IMG/VR virus record: IMGVR_UViG_3300009181_000042
Coordinates: 1-64,000 of that record
Direction: 5' to 3' (one strand)
Length of the DNA stretch: 64,000 nt
Source of the DNA: a virus
Below the pieces are notes generated by a model. It made no database searches. It saw only the letters and a program-made list of their open reading frames with translations, and had not been told where the DNA came from. Below, piece after piece: positions 21,177-30,837 of the stretch. Position numbers and translations under genes: made by a program. The number at the start of each line of letters is the position of its first letter. Positions within the stretch are counted from its first letter, which is position 1.

Positions 21177-22363
21177 TGTACGATATAGTATTTGCCGATA
21201 ACGGCACAGCAGCAGACAGCTGGGAAAAATTAAAATTAGATTGGCCAACTGCAATCCGTGTTGCATATGACGGCACTTTGTTTGATTTAATAGAAAAAGC
21301 AAAGGGATCTTGCCTCACTTGCATGGTTTGGATAGTGAAAGACTGGTATGATACCGAACGATTTGCACAACTCAGTTCCAATAATTGGTCATCGCACACA
21401 AATCATTATTTTTCAAATACTACTCTACCATATAGCGATGTATTAAATGTTAACAACGTTGCACTATCAAATGGGGTGTATTTCGTACACACATCATATA
21501 AACTTACAGATACTGAGATATCCAATAACAGGTTCGATAAAATACTAATAGTGTCGTTGGATTCTATAGCGCAACAATACAACACTGCTTCTTTGTCGTC
21601 GATGGCATTAAGCACGCAGTTGTGTAAAATATCTGATATATTTTTCGTGAGTTACAATGAACCAACTGCTGACGAAAACTGGAATAGAGTGTTAGCTAGA
21701 TTTCCAACTGCTCGTCGAATTGATGGTATCAAAGGTATAGACAGAGCACATAGGCGCTGCGCAGAATTAGCAGAAAGCGATATGTTTTGGACTATTGACG
21801 CCGATACGATACTAGATGACGATTGGAATTTTGATTTCATACCACCAGACTATGATAGGAAATATCTACATATATGGCATAGCCGCAATCCAGTCAATGG
21901 ATTAGAATATGGTTGGGGTGCTGTTAAACTTTGGCCAACTGCTGCTGTGTTGCAGTTTGATGGCAATTGGTTAGATTTTACTACAACTGTAGGTAATATC
22001 AAGATGGTACCTCGTTCTATAGCCACTAGTGCATTTAATAGCGACGCATATTCAGCTTGGCGTAGTGGATTTCGCGAAACAGTAAAACTCTGTTACAATG
22101 TGGCAACAAGTGAACAAGGAGAAAGTCTGGATCGGCTCTTGACATGGTTAACAGTGGCTAACGACGTTGCATATGCACATGACACCGTGCAAGGTGCCAG
22201 TTCTGGATTGGAATATTTTTTAGAGTGCACCACAACATCATCAGCTACAGGAATCAAAAATATAAACGACTTTGAATGGTTGATAGATAGATTCAGCAAG
22301 AGACATGGTGTTAAACTTGCAGTAGATCGAGCTACACTGCTGTCTATGCTAGGAAAAAAATGA
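21176..22363 (+). CDS. Glycosyltransferase-like protein, paralog 2 of 4 (degenerate N-terminal extension)
   Basis: C-terminal FVSYNEP..IDAD..NGLEYGWGAVKLW..AWRSGFRETVK. Confidence 0.6.
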   Translation: MYDIVFADNGTAADSWEKLKLDWPTAIRVAYDGTLFDLIEKAKGSCLTCMVWIVKDWYDTERFAQLSSNNWSSHTNHYFSNTTLPYSDVLNVNNVALSNGVYFVHTSYKLTDTEISNNRFDKILIVSLDSIAQQYNTASLSSMALSTQLCKISDIFFVSYNEPTADENWNRVLARFPTARRIDGIKGIDRAHRRCAELAESDMFWTIDADTILDDDWNFDFIPPDYDRKYLHIWHSRNPVNGLEYGWGAVKLWPTAAVLQFDGNWLDFTTTVGNIKMVPRSIATSAFNSDAYSAWRSGFRETVKLCYNVATSEQGESLDRLLTWLTVANDVAYAHDTVQGASSGLEYFLECTTTSSATGIKNINDFEWLIDRFSKRHGVKLAVDRATLLSMLGKK

Positions 22364-22364
22364 G

Positions 22365-23054
22365 ATGTACGATGTGGTTTTTATCAGTTACGAAGAGAGC
22401 AATGCTGAAGAGAATTGGAAACGTCTCCTAGATAAGGCACCGAGAGCCAAGCGACTGCACGGTATAACAGGTCTGCACCAAGCGCATATTGCAGCTGCTA
22501 ACATAGTAAACACTGAGATGTTCTACGTAGTCGACGGCGATGCTGTGATAGAACAAACTTTTGAATTTGATTATGTAGTACCTTATCATCAACTTGATCA
22601 CGTGCATGTGTTTAGAGCTCGCAATCCTATCAATGATCTGGTCTACGGGTACGGAGCAGTCAAGCTGTTACCTACTGCAGAAGTGAAATTGCTGGTTGAT
22701 AAAGATTTCAAACCTGACATGACCAGCAGCATCAATCGCAAATACAAGATAGTACACGAGTTGTCAAATGTCACTGCATTCGATACCGATCCTTACAATA
22801 CTTGGCGTAGTGCGTTTAGAGAATGTGCTAAGCTAGCAAGCGGTGTGATAGACGGCCAGGTCAATGCCGAAACACAGCAGAGATTAGAGACTTGGTGCAC
22901 AGTTGGGCACGGTAGTGAATATGGCCGCTCGTGTGTGTACGGTGCACAAGCCGGTCGACAATTTGGGTTAGACAGCAGAGGCACAGATCATCTGATGAAG
23001 ATCAACGACTGGGCATGGATGCGTGAGCAGTACGAAACAGGTGCAACACTATGA
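22365..23054 (+). CDS. Glycosyltransferase-like protein, paralog 3 of 4
   Basis: FISYEE..VDGD..NDLVYGYGAVKL..WRSAFRECAK. Confidence 0.6.
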   Translation: MYDVVFISYEESNAEENWKRLLDKAPRAKRLHGITGLHQAHIAAANIVNTEMFYVVDGDAVIEQTFEFDYVVPYHQLDHVHVFRARNPINDLVYGYGAVKLLPTAEVKLLVDKDFKPDMTSSINRKYKIVHELSNVTAFDTDPYNTWRSAFRECAKLASGVIDGQVNAETQQRLETWCTVGHGSEYGRSCVYGAQAGRQFGLDSRGTDHLMKINDWAWMREQYETGATL

Positions 23055-23920
23055 CTGTTTACTATCCACAAGATTTAGACACGTTTTACATCAGCTACGA
23101 CGAACCAAATCGAGAAGAGAACTGGGCGCGGATTCAAATGATGTTGCCCAATGCTAGACGCATGCATGGCATTAAAGGTTTTGAAGCAGCACACAAGGCT
23201 TGTGCAACTGCCAGTAAGACTGATCGGTTCATGACCATTGATGGAGATAACTGGCTACTAGACGGTGCGTTTGATACCCAGTTAGATGATACTGACATAG
23301 AAGATGTGGTGTATAGCTTCAAGAGCAAGAATGCCATCAATGGATTGGAATATGGTAACGGCGGGCTCAAATGCTGGCGCAAAGATGTGCTGCTGGCCAG
23401 CAGCACGCATGAAAGCAGCAACAGCACTGATTTTTGTTGGGCACTGCGCTACTATCAAGTTGACACACTTGGTAGCAACAGTGTCAACAACGCATCTGCA
23501 TATCAGGCCTGGCGAGCCGGTTATCGAGAAGGTGTCAAGATGAGCTATGTAAATGGCAAGCCGATGAACAACCCCCGAGCAGATATTGGATCAATATGGT
23601 ATGGCAACAGGAGCAAGCTCAACGTATGGATGAGTGTTGGCCGAGATACTGTGAATGGCGAATGGGCAATGCTCGGGGCCAGGCAGGGATTCTACGAGCT
23701 GTATTCTAACAGCATACACAACACTGTAATCAATGATTACAGCTGGTTTGACAACCGTTGGCACAGCATGTCTGTGCCTGATATGTCTGCATCACTAGCA
23801 TTTTATGCTGGTTTGCTACAAGATAGATTTGATTTATATGTACCAGAATTAGATAAACTACACAGTCAATGGTTTAAGAACACCTACATACATCCAAAAC
23901 GCAGTGGAATGATGCTATGA
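23051..23920 (+). CDS. Glycosyltransferase-like protein, paralog 4 of 4
   Basis: YISYDEP..IDGD..NGLEYGNGGLKCW..AWRAGYREGVK. Confidence 0.6.
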   Translation: MTVYYPQDLDTFYISYDEPNREENWARIQMMLPNARRMHGIKGFEAAHKACATASKTDRFMTIDGDNWLLDGAFDTQLDDTDIEDVVYSFKSKNAINGLEYGNGGLKCWRKDVLLASSTHESSNSTDFCWALRYYQVDTLGSNSVNNASAYQAWRAGYREGVKMSYVNGKPMNNPRADIGSIWYGNRSKLNVWMSVGRDTVNGEWAMLGARQGFYELYSNSIHNTVINDYSWFDNRWHSMSVPDMSASLAFYAGLLQDRFDLYVPELDKLHSQWFKNTYIHPKRSGMML

Positions 23921-24981
23921 TAAACAATCTAACTGATAAAGATATTCTAATTAAATTAGAATCTCACCCAGACGTGCTAAAATTCCTAGTTAGACTATCA
24001 CCTATTGAACTAGAGTTGTTTGATCAAATCCAGCGGTTGCCTGTGCAACTGTTGTCGATACTCAGTTCTCATCCAGATGTGTTGAAATTCTTAATCAAAC
24101 TATCGCCCACTGATCTAGAGCTGTTTAATCGAATACAACAGCTACCTGTTCCGTTGTTATCAATACTAGGTTCGCACCTCGATGTACTAACGTTTTTGAT
24201 TAAATTGTCGCCAACTGAACTAGATAGTTTTGCCGAACTACAACACTGGCCTGTACCATTATTAACCATAATTAGAAATCATCCAGATCTCATCCGCATA
24301 CTTTTTAACATCTGGGATGTGTTAGATGATAAGCAAGCATTTTGCAAAGCATATTCTAAAATGGTGGCATTGCCAGACGCAAGCAATGTCAACATCACAG
24401 ATGCGTTTAGCCACGGCCAGCTAAAAAGCAAGACATGGTTGGTAGATACAGTCTGTTCACTAGGGCTAGAGCTCGGCCAGGCATGGACACTATGTGGTTG
24501 GATAGGCACCTTAGGATATCTCATGTTACTGAAGAAATCAGAATTGGGATTGACGAAAGTACGCAGTTTTGATATTGACGACAGTTGTGCACCTCTAGCT
24601 GACATGTTAAACAAGATCGAAATTTTGAATAATTGGTGTTTTAAAGCCACGACCATGGATGTGAATGAAATGTCCTATGATGCGTTTTCTTACAATACCA
24701 AAAAATACGACCTCACACCGGAACATTTAATAGATACAGCTGATACCGTTATTAATACTAGCTGCGATCACATGGGAGGCAATAACACTTGGTGGGAACG
24801 CATACCGTCTGACAAATTGATCATACTGCAAAACAATAACTGGCATGAAAATGATCAACATAACAACAGCGTAGACACGGTGGACGAATTTAAAAGCATG
24901 TATCCAATGAGCGAATTGCTGTTTGCAGGCGAACTTGACTGTACACTCTATACGAGGTTCATGTTGATAGGGCGTAAATGA
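23917..24981 (+). CDS. Class I SAM-dependent methyltransferase-like protein with N-terminal 35-aa repeats
   Basis: DAFSHGQLKSKTWL, LCGWIG, SFDID, VINTSCDHM motifs. Confidence 0.55.
   Translation: MINNLTDKDILIKLESHPDVLKFLVRLSPIELELFDQIQRLPVQLLSILSSHPDVLKFLIKLSPTDLELFNRIQQLPVPLLSILGSHLDVLTFLIKLSPTELDSFAELQHWPVPLLTIIRNHPDLIRILFNIWDVLDDKQAFCKAYSKMVALPDASNVNITDAFSHGQLKSKTWLVDTVCSLGLELGQAWTLCGWIGTLGYLMLLKKSELGLTKVRSFDIDDSCAPLADMLNKIEILNNWCFKATTMDVNEMSYDAFSYNTKKYDLTPEHLIDTADTVINTSCDHMGGNNTWWERIPSDKLIILQNNNWHENDQHNNSVDTVDEFKSMYPMSELLFAGELDCTLYTRFMLIGRK
23962..24291 (+). repeat. Degenerate 105-bp tandem repeat (three units plus a partial one)
   Basis: Units begin at 23962, 24067, 24172 and 24277 and encode SHPDVLKFL..LSP.EL..F..IQ.LPV.LLSIL. 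Confidence 0.85.
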
Positions 24982-25211
24982 CCATAGATGTATCTACACT
25001 AACACCGCGACAACTGCAAACAGAATCTGCTAGAGTGCTTGCTGCAGGCGACGGTTTTGGTAACCACGACTTGGTTAGATTCAATAAAGTTGCGCATCAC
25101 AACAGTCATGCTTGGTACCGTGCAGTGATAGAGTGGTATGTCGAACAACACGGCGATCTGCCCAGCAAGGCCGGACCGGGCACCAGTGTTAAACTGCTGA
25201 TGGGCGATTGA
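24978..25211 (+). CDS. Hypothetical protein
   Basis: 77 aa; ATGA overlap with the upstream gene. Confidence 0.65.
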   Translation: MTIDVSTLTPRQLQTESARVLAAGDGFGNHDLVRFNKVAHHNSHAWYRAVIEWYVEQHGDLPSKAGPGTSVKLLMGD

Positions 25212-25212
25212 T

Positions 25213-26313
25213 ATGATATATGACTATTCTGAGATACAAACGGTACATCTAGAGATAACCGCAAAATGCAATGCTAGCTGCCCAATGTGTGCCAGGAACA
25301 AGTTTGGTGGGCCCGACAACGAGTTCTTACCCCAGACTGAACTCAGCTTAGCTGACATGCAGCGTATCATGCCAGAGTCATTTGTGAAGCAGCTAAAGAA
25401 GCTGTACATGTGCGGCAATTATGGTGATCCGATAGCTGCCAATGACACACTAGAAGTATACGAGTGGCTGCGCGAAGTTAATCCTGATATCAAGCTGGGC
25501 ATGCACACTAATGCTAGTGCACGCACACCTGCTTGGTGGGCTAAGCTAGGCAAGCTGCTTAGCAAGAAAGGCGATTATGCTAAGTTTGGATTGGATGGTC
25601 TTGCTGATACCAATCACGTCTATCGTCGCGGCACCAACTGGAACAAGATCACAGAGAACATACAAGCATTCATCGACGCAGGTGGTATCGCACAGTGGGA
25701 ATACATCGTGTTTAAACACAATGAACATCAAGTCGACGAAGCCCGTGCACTAAGTGAAAAGATGGGATTCAAACAGTTCCGTACTAAGAAGACCGGACGT
25801 TTCTTCAGCAATACCAGACTGGAAGGCAAAGAAAGCCAGGAAGTATGGAGCCGTAACGGTATGATAGAATACCATCTGGAAAAACCAGTGAATCCAGAAT
25901 ACCATAATGATAGCTTGATCAAAGAACAAGCACTGGTAGACCAGTTTGGTAGCATGCAACACTATGTCGATCAGACCTGTGTCAAGTGCAAGGTTGCCGA
26001 GGACAAGAGCTTGTACATCAGTGCAGAAGGCTTGGCGTTTCCTTGCTGTTGGACAGCTAACCAGCTGTATGTATGGTATTGGCCACACAAGAAGAGCGAG
26101 ATGTGGACGCTGTTGGATCACGACGTTACAAACGTTAGTGCGCTGGAAAACCCGCTAAAATCCGTAGTAAACGGCAAGTATTTCAAAGACATATACAACA
26201 GCTGGTCCAAGCCAAGTATCGTTGACGGTAAACTAAGAGTTTGCGCTAAAACATGTGGATCTGGGTTCGATCAGTTCGCTAGCCAATTCACAGAAACCGT
26301 AAATAAAGCATGA
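25213..26313 (+). CDS. Radical SAM enzyme with C-terminal SPASM/twitch-like cysteines
   Basis: CNASCPMC; CGNYGDP; HTNA; C..YISAEG..PCC..CAKTC. Confidence 0.85.
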   Translation: MIYDYSEIQTVHLEITAKCNASCPMCARNKFGGPDNEFLPQTELSLADMQRIMPESFVKQLKKLYMCGNYGDPIAANDTLEVYEWLREVNPDIKLGMHTNASARTPAWWAKLGKLLSKKGDYAKFGLDGLADTNHVYRRGTNWNKITENIQAFIDAGGIAQWEYIVFKHNEHQVDEARALSEKMGFKQFRTKKTGRFFSNTRLEGKESQEVWSRNGMIEYHLEKPVNPEYHNDSLIKEQALVDQFGSMQHYVDQTCVKCKVAEDKSLYISAEGLAFPCCWTANQLYVWYWPHKKSEMWTLLDHDVTNVSALENPLKSVVNGKYFKDIYNSWSKPSIVDGKLRVCAKTCGSGFDQFASQFTETVNKA

Positions 26314-27710
26314 CAGATACATTACCAAGCAAGACATTCTGCGCCCTTCCGTGGGTGCATCTCAGCAGCCGCCCAGATGGGGCAATGCGGGTCTGCTGCA
26401 CTGCCAATGCCAGCAGCGTGCAGGATCCAGACAGCTCTAAGAAAAGCGGGGGCGGGCAGATAGGGGTGCTGCGCACAGCAGATGGTACTCCTGCTAATTT
26501 AAACAACAGCACGCTGATGGAAGCATGGAACAACGATTACATGCGCAACGTGCGCAAGATGATGCTTAGGGGCGAGAAGCCGCCCAGCTGCCTCAAATGC
26601 TACAAAGAAGAATCGTCTGGTGTACAGAGCAAGCGCAACTGGGAAACTGCGTATTGGGTAGACAAGCTAGGACTTGATGACATCATTGGCGATACCACAG
26701 ACGACGGCGCAGTCAGTCCTAGGATACGCTACTTAGATCTACGGCTTGGCAGCAAGTGCCAGCTGGCCTGTGTCATGTGCAGTCCGCATGATAGCAGTGG
26801 GTGGATCAAAGAATGGACCACTATGCACCCCCAAATAGAAAACCAGCGTCTCAAGGACAGTTGGAATTGGGCAGACAAGGGTAAGCAGCACGGTGCTAGC
26901 TATAACTGGCACATGAACAACCCAGTGTTCTGGGAACAGCTATACGATCAAATACCTCATATGAAGCAGCTGTATTTTGCAGGCGGCGAAAGCACGATCA
27001 TTGAAGAACACTACACGCTGTTAGAAGAAGTAATACGTCGCGGCTATGCTAAGAACATAGAACTGCGCTACAACAGCAATGCAGTTGAACTGCCGCAGAG
27101 ACTATTTGATTGCTGGGAGCATTTCCGCGAAGTTAAGTTCCATTTCAGCATAGACAGCTTTGGTGACAAGAACGACTACATACGTTATCCTAGCCAGTGG
27201 GATCAGCTAGTACAGCATATGCATCTGCTAGATAACACTCCTGACTATGTTATAGTGACTACTGCTGTGACCGTGATGGCGCTTAACATCTACTACATAC
27301 CAGACATGATCAAATGGAAGCTGAGCCAAAACTTCAAAAAGTTTAACACTTGGCCCAGCGGCGCTGGTATGATAAACTGGCATCTAGCCTATTGGCCGCC
27401 GCAGCTCAATGTCAAGGTGCTGCCAACGTGGGCCAAAGCAATGGTCAGGGAGAAATTCGAAGAATTCTTCTTGTGGTTAGAAGATAATTGGCAACTATGT
27501 ACTGGTGCAGAAGCAGGGTTAGTTGACAAGAATTCCGTGATGACTGCAGCATACGGTATCAAACGATTCCGCGGTTTGCTAGATTTCATGGATAGCGAAG
27601 ACTGGGGCGAGCGCATGCCAGAGCTACGCGAATGGATTAATCTCATGGATTCGCAGCGCAACTTAGACTTTCGTAAAACATTTCCAGAGATGTCTGGGTT
27701 ATTAGATTAA
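26310..27710 (+). CDS. Radical SAM enzyme with N-terminal twitch-like domain
   Basis: CALPW..DG..VCC..CLKC, then CQLACVMC, FAGGES, YNSN, SID, YIRYP. Confidence 0.85.
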   Translation: MTDTLPSKTFCALPWVHLSSRPDGAMRVCCTANASSVQDPDSSKKSGGGQIGVLRTADGTPANLNNSTLMEAWNNDYMRNVRKMMLRGEKPPSCLKCYKEESSGVQSKRNWETAYWVDKLGLDDIIGDTTDDGAVSPRIRYLDLRLGSKCQLACVMCSPHDSSGWIKEWTTMHPQIENQRLKDSWNWADKGKQHGASYNWHMNNPVFWEQLYDQIPHMKQLYFAGGESTIIEEHYTLLEEVIRRGYAKNIELRYNSNAVELPQRLFDCWEHFREVKFHFSIDSFGDKNDYIRYPSQWDQLVQHMHLLDNTPDYVIVTTAVTVMALNIYYIPDMIKWKLSQNFKKFNTWPSGAGMINWHLAYWPPQLNVKVLPTWAKAMVREKFEEFFLWLEDNWQLCTGAEAGLVDKNSVMTAAYGIKRFRGLLDFMDSEDWGERMPELREWINLMDSQRNLDFRKTFPEMSGLLD

Positions 27711-27746
27711 AGGATTGATAAAATGTACTTTGGAGTACCTGGTACC

Positions 27747-27753
27747 ATAAATA
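27747..27753 (+). promoter_or_regulatory. Late promoter motif ATAAATA
   Basis: Lies upstream of the probable start ATG at 27783. Confidence 0.35.
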
Positions 27754-27782
27754 GTAGTGTTAGTTCGCAAGGGATTAATGTG

Positions 27783-28148
27783 ATGGCGCCATCTCAGAAG
27801 AAACCAGTAGACAAGGCAGCTGATGCGGCCTGGGACGAGATATTCAACAACTTAACCATAGAAAATGAACCACCTGTTCGCTACATACGCAGCGTGATCA
27901 TACAGACCAAAGATGGTTCGGTTATCAAGGTAAGTGGCAAGAATTTTGCTGAGATAATAGAGAATGAACGAGAGCTTAGTCCGGACGAAAGCGAGATTCG
28001 CAGCTGTAGAATGAGCCTTAACTTTCCCCGTCTACGGTCAGATGTTGATACTTGGACCAATGACTTGCTGAATCAATTAAACAACTCGGACAGTTTCAAA
28101 GTCACTGTAAAAGCAAAGCGGCGTCGGGCTAGTAAAAAGCAAGACTGA
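27783..28148 (+). CDS. Hypothetical protein with basic C-terminus
   Basis: ORF track gives 27723..28148; start re-called to MAPSQKK, downstream of the promoter motif. Confidence 0.6.
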   Translation: MAPSQKKPVDKAADAAWDEIFNNLTIENEPPVRYIRSVIIQTKDGSVIKVSGKNFAEIIENERELSPDESEIRSCRMSLNFPRLRSDVDTWTNDLLNQLNNSDSFKVTVKAKRRRASKKQD

Positions 28149-28161
28149 ACACACTGCTTGA

Positions 28162-28190
28162 TTGCAATACATGTGGGCTAGTGCTACTAT
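28162..28190 (+). promoter_or_regulatory. sigma70-like promoter (leaderless DHFR)
   Basis: TTGCAA-N17-TACTAT with TG extension; ATG 6 nt downstream. Confidence 0.5.
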
Positions 28191-28196
28191 AGTAGC

Positions 28197-28697
28197 ATGA
28201 TAAAAGCAATTCTAGCATGTGATGACGATTGGGGTATCGGCAAAGCTGGTACTCTACCCTGGCCACATAATTCAGCTGACCTTAAATGGTTCAAGCAGAT
28301 GACAAACGGTAAAGCAGTTGTTATGGGACGTAAGACTTGGGACAGTTTACCTGTCAAGCCGCTGCCTAACAGACTGAACTTTGTTATATCGTCTACCAGC
28401 ATGGAACATTATAATCCACGCCCGCATGGCAGTTACGGTGGACCAGACGTCAGTAAGATTGTTAAAGACGTAATAGAAGCACGTTACGGCGACATTGACG
28501 ATGTTTGGCTAATTGGCGGAGCAACACTGATAGAAAGCTGCATAAACATAATAGATGAGTTTTGGCTTAACCATGTACCGGGCAACTACAACTGCGATGT
28601 GTTCTTGCCACGAGAATTGATAATGGCGCAGTTTGTGCAAGCGGACGTTGAACAGACCAATACTGATTTAAACATAACCAGATGGATTAGAAAATGA
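28197..28697 (+). CDS. frd: Dihydrofolate reductase
   Basis: GIGKAGTLPW, DLKWF, VMGRKTWDSLP, PLPNR, IGG, CDVF. Confidence 0.95.
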   Translation: MIKAILACDDDWGIGKAGTLPWPHNSADLKWFKQMTNGKAVVMGRKTWDSLPVKPLPNRLNFVISSTSMEHYNPRPHGSYGGPDVSKIVKDVIEARYGDIDDVWLIGGATLIESCINIIDEFWLNHVPGNYNCDVFLPRELIMAQFVQADVEQTNTDLNITRWIRK

Positions 28698-28867
28698 ATA
28701 TCATAGAACGGTATAGCATTGTAGGCGACGATGGGGTAGAAACTCCTCTTAAAATGCAAATGGAATACCTAGCAGATACCATAGGAGACTATTCGCCTGC
28801 TAAGATGGAATTGCTAAAACATCGAGATGATGAACTACGTTTGTATTTGGAAAGGATAGCAAAATGA
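28694..28867 (+). CDS. Small hypothetical protein (57 aa; not in ORF track)
   Basis: ATGA overlaps at both ends; MNIIERYSIVGDDG...LERIAK. Confidence 0.55.
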   Translation: MNIIERYSIVGDDGVETPLKMQMEYLADTIGDYSPAKMELLKHRDDELRLYLERIAK

Positions 28868-29154
28868 TTGAAATTGAACGAATTAGTTTTTCAGAGAAAT
28901 GGGATCGTGTAAAATATCAGTTGAGAACTCCCAGACCATGGCTTCAACATAACTTTAACGAAATGTTTGGCCTTCAAACACATGTGATACAATTGGAAAT
29001 TAACCCGCATTGGACAGCAATTGAAAATACCAAAGACGTTATTAAAGACTTGATAGGATTATACGGTAAGGAGCAAGCTATCAAGGAATTGCAAGCTACT
29101 GTCAATGTAATCATACTTGAGGCAGAAGAAGCTGCAATGGGGGATACAAAATGA
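28864..29154 (+). CDS. Hypothetical protein
   Basis: 96 aa; C-terminal half paralogous to 29192..29332. Confidence 0.6.
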   Translation: MIEIERISFSEKWDRVKYQLRTPRPWLQHNFNEMFGLQTHVIQLEINPHWTAIENTKDVIKDLIGLYGKEQAIKELQATVNVIILEAEEAAMGDTK

Positions 29155-29360
29155 ATATGACAACAACACAGGCTGAAAAAGAGGATACAAAATGAAATTT
29201 GAAATTACCAAGGACGTTATCCAAGATATGATAGGATTATACGGTAAGGAGCAGACCATTAAGGAATTACAAGCTGCTGTTAGTGTGATTATAGTTGAGG
29301 CAGTGGATGAAGCAATAGCAGATACAAAATGAATATGACAACAACTCAAACTGAAAAAGA
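29021..29360 (+). repeat. Diverged 162-bp direct repeat (29021-29182 and 29199-29360)
   Basis: Shared blocks include GATAGGATTATACGGTAAGGAGCA and GATACAAAATGAATATGACAACAAC. Confidence 0.9.
29192..29332 (+). CDS. Small hypothetical protein (46 aa; not in ORF track)
   Basis: MKFEITKDVIQDMIGLYGKEQTIKELQAAVSVIIVEAVDEAIADTK; ATGA overlaps. Confidence 0.55.
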   Translation: MKFEITKDVIQDMIGLYGKEQTIKELQAAVSVIIVEAVDEAIADTK

Positions 29361-29886
29361 CGCATGGTTTGCAGATATCAACGCTCGTGGGCTTTTCAAA
29401 ACGCTTAATCTATCTGGCAAAATTGCGAGTGAACCATACTATCCAAAATCCCTCAACTTTATGCCAGTGACATCGCCGTGGTTCATGTTCAATGACAAAG
29501 TATATGAGGTAAAAACCAGAGCAGTTCACGACGAAGCTGAGTTAGAAGCATATTTGGACAACCATTCGGATGTTGCGCTTTATTACGTATCTGTATCGAC
29601 AGAAGGCACTATGCGTATGTTTGCTAGATTCGCACACATTAATACTGATTATCGGTCGCCTATTACAATTGAAGAGTTTTATGAAAAGCACAAAGATGTG
29701 TTGCATGACGGTGATGCCACCTCCGGCACATTAGAGGGATTGAAATCTCAAATGGAAAAGGTGAATGGGCTCGAGCCGATACTTTATACGAGCAAAATTA
29801 TTAGATTTATTGGCCAGCCGGCTAATCTTCAAATAAAAAAACGGCACTCACCGATGGCGAGTTTGTTTATGTTTAACGGAGTATAA
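29329..29886 (+). CDS. Hypothetical protein
   Basis: 185 aa, coupled to the upstream ORF. Confidence 0.6.
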   Translation: MNMTTTQTEKDAWFADINARGLFKTLNLSGKIASEPYYPKSLNFMPVTSPWFMFNDKVYEVKTRAVHDEAELEAYLDNHSDVALYYVSVSTEGTMRMFARFAHINTDYRSPITIEEFYEKHKDVLHDGDATSGTLEGLKSQMEKVNGLEPILYTSKIIRFIGQPANLQIKKRHSPMASLFMFNGV

Positions 29887-29887
29887 T

Positions 29888-30781
29888 ATGAAAGAATATT
29901 TAACTGCTCTTGAATACATACTTAAAAATGGAAACGATGTGGCTGACAGGACTAATACGGGCACACGCAGTGTGTTTGGTTATCAAATGCGATTTGATCT
30001 GCAAGCGGGCTTCCCTGCAGTAACTACCAAGAAACTTGCATGGCGTGCTGTTGTTGGTGAACTGTTATGGTTTTTAGAAGGAAGCACAGATGAAAGACGA
30101 CTTGCAGAAATCACTTACGGAAAACCCAGAGATGAGTTGGTGGGGAAAACAACTATATGGACTGCAAACGCCGACGCACAGGGCCGGTCTTTGGGATACA
30201 TCAACACTGATACCCGTAAAGAACTTGGCCCAGTGTACGGGCATCAATGGCGCCGGTTTGACGGTGCAAACCTCAACAAGGACAGATTCGACGACAACAG
30301 GGGAACAGACCAAATCAGTTGGCTTATCCATGAGATTAAAACCAATCCAGACTCAAGACGACTTATCCTATCCTCTTGGAACCCTGAACAGCTATCTGAA
30401 ATGGCACTTCCGCCCTGTCACACCCTTGCACAATTTCGTGTCATTAACGGTAAGTTAAGCTGTCAAATGTATCAGCGCAGTAGTGATATGTTTTTGGGCG
30501 GTCCATTTAACATTGCCAGCTACAGTTTGCTTACACACATGATTGCACAGATATGTGAACTAGAGGTGGGCGAGTTTATTTGGGCTGGTGGCGATTGTCA
30601 TATCTATAACAATCATATGGAACAGGTTAACGAGCAACTTACTCGTGAGCCACAAGCGTTGCCACACTTGCTTATGCCTGCGTTCAATACACTAAACGAG
30701 TTGCTTGCTACAAAGACAAGCGATTATAAATTGATTAACTATTCACCTATGGATACTATCACAGCACCAATGGCAGTTTAA
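29888..30781 (+). CDS. thyA: Thymidylate synthase
   Basis: DRTNTGT, ELLWFL, LGPVYG.QWR, SRRL, ALPPCH, YQRS.D..LG.PFNIASY, D.HIY.NH. Confidence 0.97.
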   Translation: MKEYLTALEYILKNGNDVADRTNTGTRSVFGYQMRFDLQAGFPAVTTKKLAWRAVVGELLWFLEGSTDERRLAEITYGKPRDELVGKTTIWTANADAQGRSLGYINTDTRKELGPVYGHQWRRFDGANLNKDRFDDNRGTDQISWLIHEIKTNPDSRRLILSSWNPEQLSEMALPPCHTLAQFRVINGKLSCQMYQRSSDMFLGGPFNIASYSLLTHMIAQICELEVGEFIWAGGDCHIYNNHMEQVNEQLTREPQALPHLLMPAFNTLNELLATKTSDYKLINYSPMDTITAPMAV

Positions 30782-30787
30782 CAAACA

Positions 30788-30815
30788 AAAAAGGACGGTG
30801 AAAACCGTCCTTTTT
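30788..30815. terminator. Bidirectional rho-independent terminator
   Basis: AAAAAGGACGGT-GAAA-ACCGTCCTTTTT between convergent genes. Confidence 0.9.
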
Positions 30816-30837
30816 CTTGTGTTGATGGTATCTTAAT

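Noticed and set aside
29888-30781. Group I intron or modified-base synthase at thyA
   Set aside because: ORF is continuous, of normal length, and keeps the canonical PCH and PFNIASY residues of dTMP synthase
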